Source: Gemmatimonadaceae bacterium (GTDB lineage Bacteria; Gemmatimonadota; Gemmatimonadetes; Gemmatimonadales; Gemmatimonadaceae). From it: 64,000 bases of DNA. Of the stretch, positions 49,610 through 59,259 are shown in pieces (the stretch's first letter is position 1; each line of letters opens with the position of its first letter). A model generated the notes under the pieces. That model had not been told where the DNA came from. It did no database searches and was given only the letters and a program-made list of their open reading frames with translations. Where the stretch lies: NCBI GenBank assembly GCA_044224875.1, contig JBGAJQ010000006.1, positions 1-64,000 on the forward strand. Direction: 5' to 3'. The position numbers and the translations under genes were made by a program.

Positions 49610-51523
49610 CTATGACGCTGCGGTGGCCACCACGTCACCGAGAATGTCGCTCGGCTCGAACGCTTGAGACAGCGCGCCGGCGGCCAGTGATCGATGCCAA
49701 CCGTCCAGCATCAACAGACGCCACAGCTGCGACATGTGATCGCGTCGGCCAATCATGTGCTCGCGAATGACACGGCGCGTCGCCGCGGGGTCGACCCAGG
49801 CGTAAATCGGCGAGTCCGGCCGTTCCAGTGCGTCGATGCGGTGGCGCAGTTCCTTGCGAAACCACCGACGCAACGGAACCGCGAATCCTTGCTTTCGCTT
49901 CTGCAACACATGCTGCGGGACTATGCCTTCGATGGCCTGGCGCAGGATCCACTTGGTGCCGCCCTCGCGGAGTTTGAGGCGACTTGGAAGTGCGGCCGCG
50001 AACTCCATGACGCTGCGGTCGAGAATCGGGACGCGCGCCTCTAATGACACCGCCATGCTCATCCGATCGACCTTGGTGAGGATGTCGCCCGGCAGGTACG
50101 TCATCATGTCGACCATGGTCACTTGCGTCGCGAAATCGCGTTGCGATGCCTGCTGGAACCAGGGATTGAGCAACCCATCCAACGAACTGACGTGCCCGGC
50201 GACTTCTGGCCGGGCAACGCCCCCATCTTGAACGGGCAGGGGCAGGGCGACCGTGCTGGCATAGCGGCCCTGCCGTGTGCGACCGTAGTCGAGGAGCCGA
50301 TTGCGTCCAGGCGCCGAGTGCGGCAGCAGCCTCGCGCTGGCGGAAAGGGCACCACGCAAGCCTTTTGGCATTTCGTGACGCCCAAGGACCTCTGCGTAGC
50401 GTGTGTACCCGCCAAAAAGCTCGTCGCCGCCGTCGCCCGATAGCGACACCGTCACGTATCTGCGCGCCAGTGCGGAGACGAGGTACGTTGGGAGCGCGGA
50501 CGAGTCGGCAAATGGCTCGTCGAACCCGCGCAGCACATCGTCCACCAGCGCGTCCGCGTCGGGGCGGAGGATCAACTCCGTGTGCTCGGTGCGAAGCGCA
50601 TCGGCAACGATCGCCGCGTCCGGTGCCTCGTTGAACTCGCGCTCGTCAAAACCGATGGAAAACGTCTTCACCGGGCGGTCCATGGCTCGAGCCATGAACG
50701 CGACGACGGTCGAGGAGTCGATCCCGCCGGAGAGGAACGCGCCTAACGGTACTTCGGACTCCAGGTGCGAGCGCACCGACGCGTCGAGAATTCGGCGAAG
50801 CTCCTCGACGAGTTCGCGGGTGTCACGAACCGGTGACTCGTCGTGCACCGGCGACCAGAACCGCGAAACGACGAGCCCCGTCTCACGCGACCAGGAAGCG
50901 CGGTGCCCGGGCGGGAGCTTCTGAACGCCGCGAAAAATGCACTGCGGATCCGTCACATACCCCAGGGAGAGGTACGATGCGATCGCCGCGGGGTCCACGT
51001 CCCGCTTGAAGTCTGGCAGGGCGAGGAAGCAGCGCAATTCCGAAGCAAAGGCTACGCCCCACGCCGACTGCCACAGGTACAACGGCTTGATGCCGACGTG
51101 GTCTCGGGCGACGAACAACCGTTGACGCGGTCGGTCCCAGATCGCAAAGGCGTACATTCCGCGCAGCGAGTCCACCATGCGCTCCCCATCCGCCTCATAC
51201 AGGTGCACCAAGGTTTCGGTATCGCTGTGCGTCCGAAACGTGTGGCCCTCGCGAATCAGTCGAGCCCGAATCTCATGGTGGTTGTAGATCTCCCCATTGA
51301 AGACGACGGAGACGGAGGCGTCCTCGTTGTGGATCGGCTGGTGACCGCCGGCGACGTCGATGATTGAAAGTCGCCGCATGCCAAGGCCAACGCCGCCGGC
51401 CGCTGTGAGTCGGCCTTCGTCATCCGGACCACGATGCCGGATCGCGCCGCACATCCGGGCCAGACGCGCGTCGCTCTCGGCGTCGGGAAATGGTGAGCCG
51501 GCAAAGCCGGCAATGCCGCACAT
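49610..51523 (-). CDS. asnB: Second AsnB-like amidotransferase
   Basis: MCGIAG, HRGPDD, RRLSIID, FNGEIYN, LSGGIDS, SGDGGDELFGGY, KVDRMSMA, KQGF. Confidence 0.93.
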   Translation of the reverse strand: MCGIAGFAGSPFPDAESDARLARMCGAIRHRGPDDEGRLTAAGGVGLGMRRLSIIDVAGGHQPIHNEDASVSVVFNGEIYNHHEIRARLIREGHTFRTHSDTETLVHLYEADGERMVDSLRGMYAFAIWDRPRQRLFVARDHVGIKPLYLWQSAWGVAFASELRCFLALPDFKRDVDPAAIASYLSLGYVTDPQCIFRGVQKLPPGHRASWSRETGLVVSRFWSPVHDESPVRDTRELVEELRRILDASVRSHLESEVPLGAFLSGGIDSSTVVAFMARAMDRPVKTFSIGFDEREFNEAPDAAIVADALRTEHTELILRPDADALVDDVLRGFDEPFADSSALPTYLVSALARRYVTVSLSGDGGDELFGGYTRYAEVLGRHEMPKGLRGALSASARLLPHSAPGRNRLLDYGRTRQGRYASTVALPLPVQDGGVARPEVAGHVSSLDGLLNPWFQQASQRDFATQVTMVDMMTYLPGDILTKVDRMSMAVSLEARVPILDRSVMEFAAALPSRLKLREGGTKWILRQAIEGIVPQHVLQKRKQGFAVPLRRWFRKELRHRIDALERPDSPIYAWVDPAATRRVIREHMIGRRDHMSQLWRLLMLDGWHRSLAAGALSQAFEPSDILGDVVATAAS

Positions 51524-51546
51524 GGAGGAATGCGTCCGCGGTCGTC

Positions 51547-52971
51547 TTACGTTCGCTGCATCGCCGTCGATGTGCCCACGCCGAGCTCATTCGCATTCAG
51601 TTCCGCCATTTCGGCCAGGCCCCATACGATGGCCAGCTGAATGTACGTGAATGGGAAGATGATGTACGTGCCGAACACCGCTGACGCCGCATAGGAGATG
51701 AGACCGATCTCCGCCAGCAGCAACTGCTGGGCGTGTCGTGGCATTCGAGCCTGAATGCGCTCGCGAACGCGTCTCGACTTCAGCCACACCACCAAGCCCG
51801 CACCCATGTAGAGCGCAAATCCGAAGATTCCGAACTCGGCCGCCAGTGTGAAGTACGTCGAGTGCGCGTCGCGCAGACCGCCCGCCGTGCGAAGGACTTC
51901 GGGATCGCGTGCGGCAAATACGTGCGCGAAGGGGTACGAACCCGGCCCTACGCCGATGATCGGGTTCTGCGCGATGACCACCACCGACACCTTCCAGATC
52001 TCGAAGCGCTGTTCGGCTGATCCCAAGTCATCCGCAGCCGCCAGGCTCCCAGCGCCCGCGGCCTCTTCCAGCGTGCTCAGGCGCTTCCACAGCTGGTCTG
52101 GGGCGAGTGTGGCGAACACAATCGTGACGACGGCGGCTCCGCCGATCATCATCATGCGGGCGCGCTTGTTCTGAAGGAAGAAGAGTACAACGCCACCCAT
52201 GAAGGAGAGCATTGCGCCTCGCGACTGGGCGAGCGCCAGCACCAACGGAATGCAGATCAGTGCGCCCATGGCGAGGTATCGCAGGGTCTTGTTCCGTTCC
52301 ACCGACACGAGACCGAGTGCCAACCCAAATGGGAACAGCAAGAGCGCCGAAATATCGTTCGGATTCTCGAACAGGTTGTTCCAGCCCACACGCCCTTGTT
52401 CTGTCGCGTGGTACAGGAAGTAGTTGAAAATCGCGCCGCGTACCGGATACAACGCGAAGGTGCCCAAGTAGAAGAAGACGAAAAAGCGCACGCGCTCGCG
52501 CGTGTTGAGCACGATTTGCGCGACGGCGAATACCAACAACAGCTTGGCGATGCCAGTCCAGAACTCGAGCGTGAAGACCTTCCAGTCCGATCCGAGGAAC
52601 GAGATCGTGCAAACACCAAAGAACAACAGGAACAGCACGCCGGATTGCGTTAGGCGCGGACGGTCTCCAAGGAACGCACCGAGGATCGCCGCAATCATGG
52701 TTGCGGTGCCGATCGGGAGCGTGTAGGTGGTCACTACCCAGACGTAGGCGAGAAAGCCAACGTATCCAAGCGACCAATTCACACCCTGCCAGGGCCATTT
52801 GGCCACCAGCAGATGTTCGTCGATCAGGCCCCCGGGAACGGCGGTGCTGCCCGCCGCTTCGATGCCCGTCGGTGAGGGTAGGGCGCGCGTGAGCGTTCCG
52901 GCAGCACCGGCCGACGCCGGTTCTCCATAAAAACGTGCCGATCGCCAGCCAACGTTACGACTCCGCGCCAT
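51547..52971 (-). CDS. O-antigen ligase / Wzy_C-family polymerase-like membrane protein
   Basis: ENPND, QSRGA, R..IW, NPIIGVGPG, AHSTY..LAAEFGI.G; about 11 TM. Confidence 0.85.
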   Translation of the reverse strand: MARSRNVGWRSARFYGEPASAGAAGTLTRALPSPTGIEAAGSTAVPGGLIDEHLLVAKWPWQGVNWSLGYVGFLAYVWVVTTYTLPIGTATMIAAILGAFLGDRPRLTQSGVLFLLFFGVCTISFLGSDWKVFTLEFWTGIAKLLLVFAVAQIVLNTRERVRFFVFFYLGTFALYPVRGAIFNYFLYHATEQGRVGWNNLFENPNDISALLLFPFGLALGLVSVERNKTLRYLAMGALICIPLVLALAQSRGAMLSFMGGVVLFFLQNKRARMMMIGGAAVVTIVFATLAPDQLWKRLSTLEEAAGAGSLAAADDLGSAEQRFEIWKVSVVVIAQNPIIGVGPGSYPFAHVFAARDPEVLRTAGGLRDAHSTYFTLAAEFGIFGFALYMGAGLVVWLKSRRVRERIQARMPRHAQQLLLAEIGLISYAASAVFGTYIIFPFTYIQLAIVWGLAEMAELNANELGVGTSTAMQRT

Positions 52972-53102
52972 TCACTCCTCCAATGCCGTTACACACATCC
53001 ACCAATGAGTCCTCACGGGACTCGCGCCGATACCCCAAATGTCCCATAAGATGAAGACGGCCTCTCGGATGAGTCCGCAACTCCATCGGGTCCCCGTCCC
53101 GC

Positions 53103-53705
53103 CTAAATGTAGCCCAAGGCGGCAAGACGTCGCCGAATTTCCTCTTCCGACGTACTCCTTTCTTCCTCGTCGGAAGCCGGGATGATCCCGATCATCTCGA
53201 GGGTTCGGAGAACCTTCCAGCACCCCTGTTCAACGGATTCCTGGTCGGAATGCACGTGCACTTCGGGTGCCGCCGGCTCCTCATACAGGTCACTCATGCT
53301 AGCCCAGTTCTCCAGCTCTTCCCGTCTAGCCTGCGCCCTCGTGTTGTTCCGATCGCGCCCCTCGGCGACCTCCACCGGGCAGTCCACGAACACCTCGATG
53401 AGGTTCGTGACGGAGCGACGAACCTCCTCGCGCGCTGCCCTGTGCGGCGACACGCTGCAGCAGATGGCAATCACGCCGTTCCGTGACAACAGCTTGGCGA
53501 CGTAGGCAAGTCGTCGAACGTGCTCTTCTCCCTCCGGCGATGCCTGACGAACGTCACGCGACAGCGCCTCGTGCACCTCGTGGCCGTCGAGCAGCTCAAC
53601 CGCATGGCCCAGGTCATACAGCCGTTGGTATAGCGCGCGAGCGATCGACGACTTACCGGACGCAGGAATTCCGGTGAACCACAGCGTTGCCCCTTGGAGG
53701 TTCAT
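53103..53705 (-). CDS. Divergent adenylyl-sulfate kinase (CysC)-like protein
   Basis: WFTGIPASGKSS P-loop, LLSRNG, EVFVDCP, YEEP..PE; several canonical APS-binding motifs altered; C-terminal EEEIRRRLAALGYI tail. Confidence 0.8.
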   Translation of the reverse strand: MNLQGATLWFTGIPASGKSSIARALYQRLYDLGHAVELLDGHEVHEALSRDVRQASPEGEEHVRRLAYVAKLLSRNGVIAICCSVSPHRAAREEVRRSVTNLIEVFVDCPVEVAEGRDRNNTRAQARREELENWASMSDLYEEPAAPEVHVHSDQESVEQGCWKVLRTLEMIGIIPASDEEERSTSEEEIRRRLAALGYI

Positions 53706-53834
53706 TGGAGTTCGAGCGCTGCGCCGAACGCGGAAGACACGATCGGAACGGTGCGGTCGCGTTTACCCTGGCGGAAGCGGCCCGGTGCTACGCACGGGAC
53801 GTTCCCGCGAGAACAGATCGGTGCTTCCCGACGA

Positions 53835-54713
53835 TCACGCACCGGTACGCCGTGCCTTCTGGCCATTAGACTGCCGCGCCGCGATCGCTTCCTTCAACAA
53901 CTGGACGTAACGGTAGGGCAAGCGAATGGTGCCCATCAGTCGACCCTCGTTGACGCTACCGTGATCGTCGGAGCCGCCGGTCACCAGAAGGCCTAACGTC
54001 TTGGCGATGGTGGCGAAGTGCGTCGTCTGCGACTCGTTATGCTGGGAATAGAACACTTCGATCCCGTCGAGTCCGGCGGACGCCAGGTGACGGATCTCAT
54101 CATCGGAAAGTCCCGTTCGGCCTGGGTGCGCCGCAACGGCGACGCCACCCGCCGCGTGCACGGCGTGAATGGCTTCCTCTGGTGAGATCTTGACGCGCTG
54201 CACGTAACAGCGACCACCGTCGAGGATAAACTCTTCGGTGAACGCCGACTTCACATCCGGCACGATGCCGGCTTCCACCATCGCCTTGGCCACGTGAGGG
54301 CGCCCGATATTCTCGGTGCCGCCGGCGATTTCCACCACACGATCGAAGGAAATCGGATGCCCAACCTCGCCCAGGCGTTGCACCATGCCCCACGCCCGTG
54401 CGAAGCGTCCGTCTCGCAAGCTGCGGAGCGTATTGTTGAAATGCTGGTCATTGGCATCGACCCCGTAGCCGAGCAGGTCGACTTGGCGTTCCTGCGGGTC
54501 GAGCGTCGAAATTTCGCAGGCCGGAATGAGTTCGATACCTAACGACGCGGCCGCGGACTGGGCTTCGGCCAGGCCCGCGGTCGTGTCGTGATCGGTCAAG
54601 GCGATCGCCGCAAACCCCATCGCCTGCGCCCGGCGAACCACCTCGCCGGGCGCATCCGAACCATCGGACGCCGTTGAGTGCAGCTGGAGGTCGGCAAACT
54701 GGCCGTCGTCCAT
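53835..54713 (-). CDS. PHP-domain phosphoesterase (TrpH/YciV-like; candidate PAP 3'-phosphatase)
   Basis: DLQLHSTASDG, ALTDHDT, EIS, GRPHVA, AHPG, DGIEV, TGGSDDHG. Confidence 0.85.
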   Translation of the reverse strand: MDDGQFADLQLHSTASDGSDAPGEVVRRAQAMGFAAIALTDHDTTAGLAEAQSAAASLGIELIPACEISTLDPQERQVDLLGYGVDANDQHFNNTLRSLRDGRFARAWGMVQRLGEVGHPISFDRVVEIAGGTENIGRPHVAKAMVEAGIVPDVKSAFTEEFILDGGRCYVQRVKISPEEAIHAVHAAGGVAVAAHPGRTGLSDDEIRHLASAGLDGIEVFYSQHNESQTTHFATIAKTLGLLVTGGSDDHGSVNEGRLMGTIRLPYRYVQLLKEAIAARQSNGQKARRTGA

Positions 54714-54722
54714 CGGGCCGGC

Positions 54723-56489
54723 CTACCGCGCCGCCGCGGCCTGCGCCTTGTACGCTTCCATCAGGATGCGCGCAAGCTCGGGACGCGTGAATTCGGGTGG
54801 AGGAAGTTCACCCGCCAGCAGCATCTCGCGGACCTTGGTTCCACTCAACGTCACGTGATGGGTCTTGTCGTGCGGGCACGTGCGCGTGGACGCCATGTTG
54901 CCGCACGTCGCACAGAAGAAGGTGTGCTCGAACTTGAGCGGGATGATGCCCAGCTCCGCCGGCGGGAACTTGTCGATCAGGATCTGCGCGTCGTAGGAAC
55001 CGTAGTAGTTCCCCACGCCCGCGTGGTCACGACCGACGATGAAATGCGTGCAGCCATAGTTCTTTCTGGCGATCGCGTGCCAGACGGCCTCGCGCGGACC
55101 GGCATAGCGCATGGCGGCCGGGAACACCGACAACATCGCCCGGCTCTTTGGATAGTAGTGCTCGAGAATCGCCTCGTAGGTCTTCATGCGCGTTTCCGCC
55201 GGCACGTCGTCCGACTTGGTAGCGCCCACCAAGGGGTGCAACAACAACCCGTCGACGACCTCCATCGCTACCTTCTGCAGGTACTCGTGCGCGCGGTGCA
55301 CGGGGTTACGCGTCTGGAAACCGACGACCGTCTTCCATCCCAGCTCGTCGAACTTCTGCCGGAGCTCGAGGGGTGTTTGACGGTACGTTTGGAAGTTGTC
55401 GTACGCCGGACGATCGATGATCCATACCGGACCGCCGAGGTACACGTCACCCTGGTTCATGACACGGGCGACGCCCGGATGCGCCATGTCGTCGGTGCCA
55501 TAGCACGCCTTCACCTCGCGCGCCTTGTCGGGCGTCCATTTGTCCGTCACCTGCATCACGGCAAGGATCTTCCCCTGCTTGTCCGTGAGCGTGATTTCCT
55601 GGCCTTCGTTGACTTCGCGCGCCCGCTCGATCGACGTCGCCAGGTTCACCGGCATCGCCCAGATCAGGCCGTCCGTCATCCGCATCGAATCCACGACCGT
55701 GTCGTAGTCGGCGCGACGCATGAACCCGGTCAATGGAGACAGCGCCCCATAACCGATCATCTCGAGGTCCGCCAACTCGCGTTCGTCCAAGCCGAACTTC
55801 TGCAGGCCCTTTGCCCGCTCGAGGGCTTCCTTGCGCGCGTCGCCCTTGAGTTCACGGTCAATCAGCGCGCCGCCATGCGGTGCAATCGGGCCAGGCACTC
55901 GCTTGCCCTGTTCGACCTTCTTCGCGACTTCGGCGCGATCGGCGACGGCAACCGCGGCCGTCGTAGAGACGTAACCTCGATCCTCCAACAGCTGGATCAC
56001 GCGGGCAACGCTCTGGTCCACGGTCTCCGCGGCCGTGTCCAGAACCAGCTCCGGATTGGTCGGCTCCTCGTACGGATCGTTCACCCCCGTGAAGCCCTGG
56101 ATCTCGCCGGCCATCGCCTTCTTGTACATGCCCTTCACGTCACGCTCGACTAAGACCTCGAGCGGCGTCCGGACATAGACCTCCAGAAAGTCGCCGATCT
56201 CGTGACGCGCATTGTCGCGCATCTTCCGGTACGGCGAAATGAAGCAGGACAGAACGACGACGCCGTTCCGCGTGAGCACCTTCGACACGAAGGTGACACG
56301 CTCGATGTTCTTGTCGCGATCTTCTTTGGAAAAGCCGAGGTCGCGGCAGAGTGATTGGCGGACAACATCTCCGTCGAGGCGTTCCGACAGGATGTGGCGC
56401 TCCTGCAGCAATTCGTGCACGCGACGGGCAACGGTGGTCTTGCCAGAACCGGACAATCCGGTGAACCAGACGGTAACGCCTTTGCTCAT
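54723..56489 (-). CDS. cysC-sat: Bifunctional APS kinase / ATP sulfurylase (CysC N-terminal, Sat C-terminal)
   Basis: N: WFTGLSGSGKTT, LDGD, FISPY, RDVKGMY, FTGVNDPYE; C: PHGG.L, SPLTGFM, FQTRNPVHRAHE, YAGPREA, VGRDHAG, LSGTKVR. Confidence 0.95.
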   Translation of the reverse strand: MSKGVTVWFTGLSGSGKTTVARRVHELLQERHILSERLDGDVVRQSLCRDLGFSKEDRDKNIERVTFVSKVLTRNGVVVLSCFISPYRKMRDNARHEIGDFLEVYVRTPLEVLVERDVKGMYKKAMAGEIQGFTGVNDPYEEPTNPELVLDTAAETVDQSVARVIQLLEDRGYVSTTAAVAVADRAEVAKKVEQGKRVPGPIAPHGGALIDRELKGDARKEALERAKGLQKFGLDERELADLEMIGYGALSPLTGFMRRADYDTVVDSMRMTDGLIWAMPVNLATSIERAREVNEGQEITLTDKQGKILAVMQVTDKWTPDKAREVKACYGTDDMAHPGVARVMNQGDVYLGGPVWIIDRPAYDNFQTYRQTPLELRQKFDELGWKTVVGFQTRNPVHRAHEYLQKVAMEVVDGLLLHPLVGATKSDDVPAETRMKTYEAILEHYYPKSRAMLSVFPAAMRYAGPREAVWHAIARKNYGCTHFIVGRDHAGVGNYYGSYDAQILIDKFPPAELGIIPLKFEHTFFCATCGNMASTRTCPHDKTHHVTLSGTKVREMLLAGELPPPEFTRPELARILMEAYKAQAAAAR

Positions 56490-56669
56490 GTTTGGATCCG
56501 AGGGGGATTCGTGAAGTCGGCGCGAGAAGGAATCTCGGCCCGTAGCAACGAGTTGAACCTAATTAGGACGCATGACCATTGGCGGCGTCTCACCGATCCG
56601 ACCCGATGGCGGGAGCGATAAGCCGGGTATCCGACATTCCGGTGACGCGTCTTGTAGGTGCGCTCTTCT

Positions 56670-56685
56670 TGCAATAGCGTTGCCT
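56670..56685 (-). promoter_or_regulatory. Possible sigma-54 (-24/-12) promoter facing cysC-sat
   Basis: Minus strand AGGCAACGCTATTGCA = GG-N10-GC with TTGCA. Confidence 0.35.
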
Positions 56686-56933
56686 TGCAGATCGGCGCCG
56701 GATCGGAACCGGCCGCTAGCAGGTCGCCAAAACGAAGGGCCGTCCGTCTGGCCCGAAACCCCGGAGTATTCGACCAGTGTATATCGGACCCGACTCATTA
56801 ATGCCCGTCGCTTCGGCGTTCGCGGCCATTGCCGGCTTCATCCTGATGTTCTGGCGCAAGGTGGTTGGTGCCGCGCGCATGATCGCGCAGCGCGTAACGG
56901 GGATGTTCTCGAAGCGATAATCGAGTCGGGGCA

Positions 56934-58781
56934 ATGCCGACGACCAAACGAGTCGTCGTTGTCGGCTTAGACGGATTCGAGCCCAAGATCGTCGATCGAC
57001 TGCTGCAGGCGGGCGAGCTCCCAAGTCTCGCCCGCCTGCGTGCGTCTGGAGGCTACGCTCGATTAGGCACGACACTGCCAGCACAGACTCCAGTGGCTTG
57101 GTCGACGTTTTCCACCGGAACGAATCCGGGAGGTCACGGGATCTACGATTTCCTGCGGCGCGATCCAGCCACGTACACACCCGACCTCTCATTCAGCCGT
57201 TTTGAGCAAAGGAGTGCACTCCTTCCGCCGAAGGCGATCAACCTGAGGGGCGGCGCGACGGTGTGGGAAATTCTCGCGGAGCACGGCACCTCGTCCACCA
57301 TCCTACGGATGCCGTGTACGTTTCCGCCCGGACGGGGACGTGGTCGTCTGCTCGCCGGCATGGGTGTTCCCGATCTCCGTGGAGGTCTGGGAACGTCGAC
57401 GCTGTTCACCACGCGCCATGATCGCCAGGCGGGCGAGGCGGAACAAGTGGTGCAGCTGACGGGGTCGTCACCGTATCATGCCGGTTTGCCCGGGCCGCGC
57501 GCAGCGAATGGTGCGCGAGCGGTCACCGCGCCAGTCACCATCAGCGTCGACCCCTCAGGGACCGCGGCCACGGTCCACAGCGAGGGGCAACCGGCCCACC
57601 TGCAGCTCGAACCGGGTATCTGGAGCGACTGGCTTCGCCTGAAGTTCTCCGTCGGCCCCCTGCGATCGGTGGCCGGGATGGTCCGGTTTCTCTGGCATGC
57701 CCGGGACGGCGCTACGGAGGTGTATGCCTCGCCGGTGAACTTCGACCCCACGAGCCCTCCCTTCCCGATCTCGCAGCCATGGGACTATGCCGATGAGCTC
57801 TCGCGAGCCATCGGACTGTTTCACACGACCGGCATGATCGAGGACCACGCCGGGTTGACCAACGGTCGATTGCACGAGGATGAATTCCTCATGCAATGCG
57901 AGGCCCTGCTGGGCGAACGCGAGCGCATGCTGCAGTTTGAGCTGAACAGACACCGCGAGGGTCTGCTGTTTTGCCTGTTCGACACCCCGGATCGGCTGCA
58001 ACACATGTTCTGGCGGTTCACCGACCCATCGCACCCCGCCAATCGCCGGCTCGGCGTCGCACCAGACGTCTACCGCTCGGCGATCGACGACCACTATCGA
58101 GCGTGCGACGCAATCGTGGGTCGTACCATGGCCGCGATTGATGACAACACCCTGCTCGTCGTGCTCTCTGACCATGGGTTCACGTCGTTTCGCCGCGGAG
58201 TGCACCTGAACGCGTGGCTGCGTGCCAAGGGCCTGTTGACCTTGAAGCGAGGGGTAGTGGCGGAAGGGGCCGGCGCGCTCTTCGCCAACGTCGACTGGAC
58301 GCGCACCAAAGCGTACGCGCTCGGACTCGGCAGCATCTACCTGAATCTGAAGGGACGAGAGGGAGAAGGCGTCGTACCGACGACCGACGCTGACGCGCTG
58401 GCAGCAGACATCGCCGATGCGTTGAGCGGATTGCGCGATGAGGCGTGCGGAGCCGAGGCCATTCGAGGGGCCAGCACCCGGCGGCAAGCGTATAGTGGGG
58501 CGTTTGCCGATGCTTCACCCGACGTGGTGGTTCGTTTTGCGGAGGGATACCGGGCGTCATGGGCGACGGCCCTCGGGGGAGTGTCCGGCGACCTCTTCGA
58601 GGACAACACGAGAAGGTGGGGCGGGGACCACATCGTGGATCCGACGCTGGTGCCTGGCGTGCTGTTCATGAATCGCCCGTTCAGGGCATCGGGCGCTCAA
58701 ATGGTTGACTTGGCTCCCACGATCCTGCGGTGGTGTGGCGCCGCGCCGGGCGATGTGATGGAGGGAGCGTCGCTCTTTTGA
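56934..58781 (+). CDS. Alkaline phosphatase superfamily protein (type I phosphodiesterase/NPP-like)
   Basis: VVGLDG, PAQTPVAW (Thr nucleophile), NPGGHGIYDF, DRLQH, SDHG, GDH, DLAPTIL; no signal peptide. Confidence 0.85.
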   Translation: MPTTKRVVVVGLDGFEPKIVDRLLQAGELPSLARLRASGGYARLGTTLPAQTPVAWSTFSTGTNPGGHGIYDFLRRDPATYTPDLSFSRFEQRSALLPPKAINLRGGATVWEILAEHGTSSTILRMPCTFPPGRGRGRLLAGMGVPDLRGGLGTSTLFTTRHDRQAGEAEQVVQLTGSSPYHAGLPGPRAANGARAVTAPVTISVDPSGTAATVHSEGQPAHLQLEPGIWSDWLRLKFSVGPLRSVAGMVRFLWHARDGATEVYASPVNFDPTSPPFPISQPWDYADELSRAIGLFHTTGMIEDHAGLTNGRLHEDEFLMQCEALLGERERMLQFELNRHREGLLFCLFDTPDRLQHMFWRFTDPSHPANRRLGVAPDVYRSAIDDHYRACDAIVGRTMAAIDDNTLLVVLSDHGFTSFRRGVHLNAWLRAKGLLTLKRGVVAEGAGALFANVDWTRTKAYALGLGSIYLNLKGREGEGVVPTTDADALAADIADALSGLRDEACGAEAIRGASTRRQAYSGAFADASPDVVVRFAEGYRASWATALGGVSGDLFEDNTRRWGGDHIVDPTLVPGVLFMNRPFRASGAQMVDLAPTILRWCGAAPGDVMEGASLF

Positions 58782-59259
58782 ATTTGCCGCCGCTTTGAAT
58801 TAATGAAGGCGACCGAAGTCGATTGCCCGGTGTGCCAGCTGTTGTCCTTGCGCAGCGTCTCCAGCGATATTGTCGCTCCCGTACAACAGGGCGACGCCTT
58901 GGGCTCGGGTAACGCCTAGCGAATCCGAGTGGCGGGGAGGAGCGCCCTAGGGATTTCCGGGGGCGGCTGGCGTTACCCGGAGCTGTGCTGGCAGTCGTTG
59001 AAGGGCCGACCGGGCGGCCCGTTGAGTGGTCAACCGAAGTGCCTGGTTGCACTTGGAAGATCGGAGCGTTGCGGTTGCGTGCCGAGCGCGGCACCGCGGT
59101 TCAGTATCCCGTGACGGGTCGAGCATTGAACTTGCACCGGCAGCGGGTCGAGAGCCGTCTCGCTTAGCGGCCGCGTTTGCAACCGATTGGTGCGTAACGC
59201 GTTTGGAATAACAGTCATTGTCCTGCGCCCCCAGACGTCGCAGGAGGAACGAGGCCCTT

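Noticed and set aside
52972..53102. Small hairpins (GAGTCC/GGACTC) in the leader of the O-antigen-ligase-like gene
   Set aside because: Short stems, no recognisable family or U-tract; could be chance
54678..56153. Long antisense/alternate-frame ORFs (also 24159-25682, 11353-12906, 12726-13997, 15282-16550, 17615-18922 and others)
   Set aside because: Shadow ORFs over well-supported genes; Arg-rich, no motifs; expected at high GC
58782..59259. ~480-bp intergenic region before the ACP gene as a possible sRNA or small ORF
   Set aside because: No convincing ORF, structure or known motif by eye
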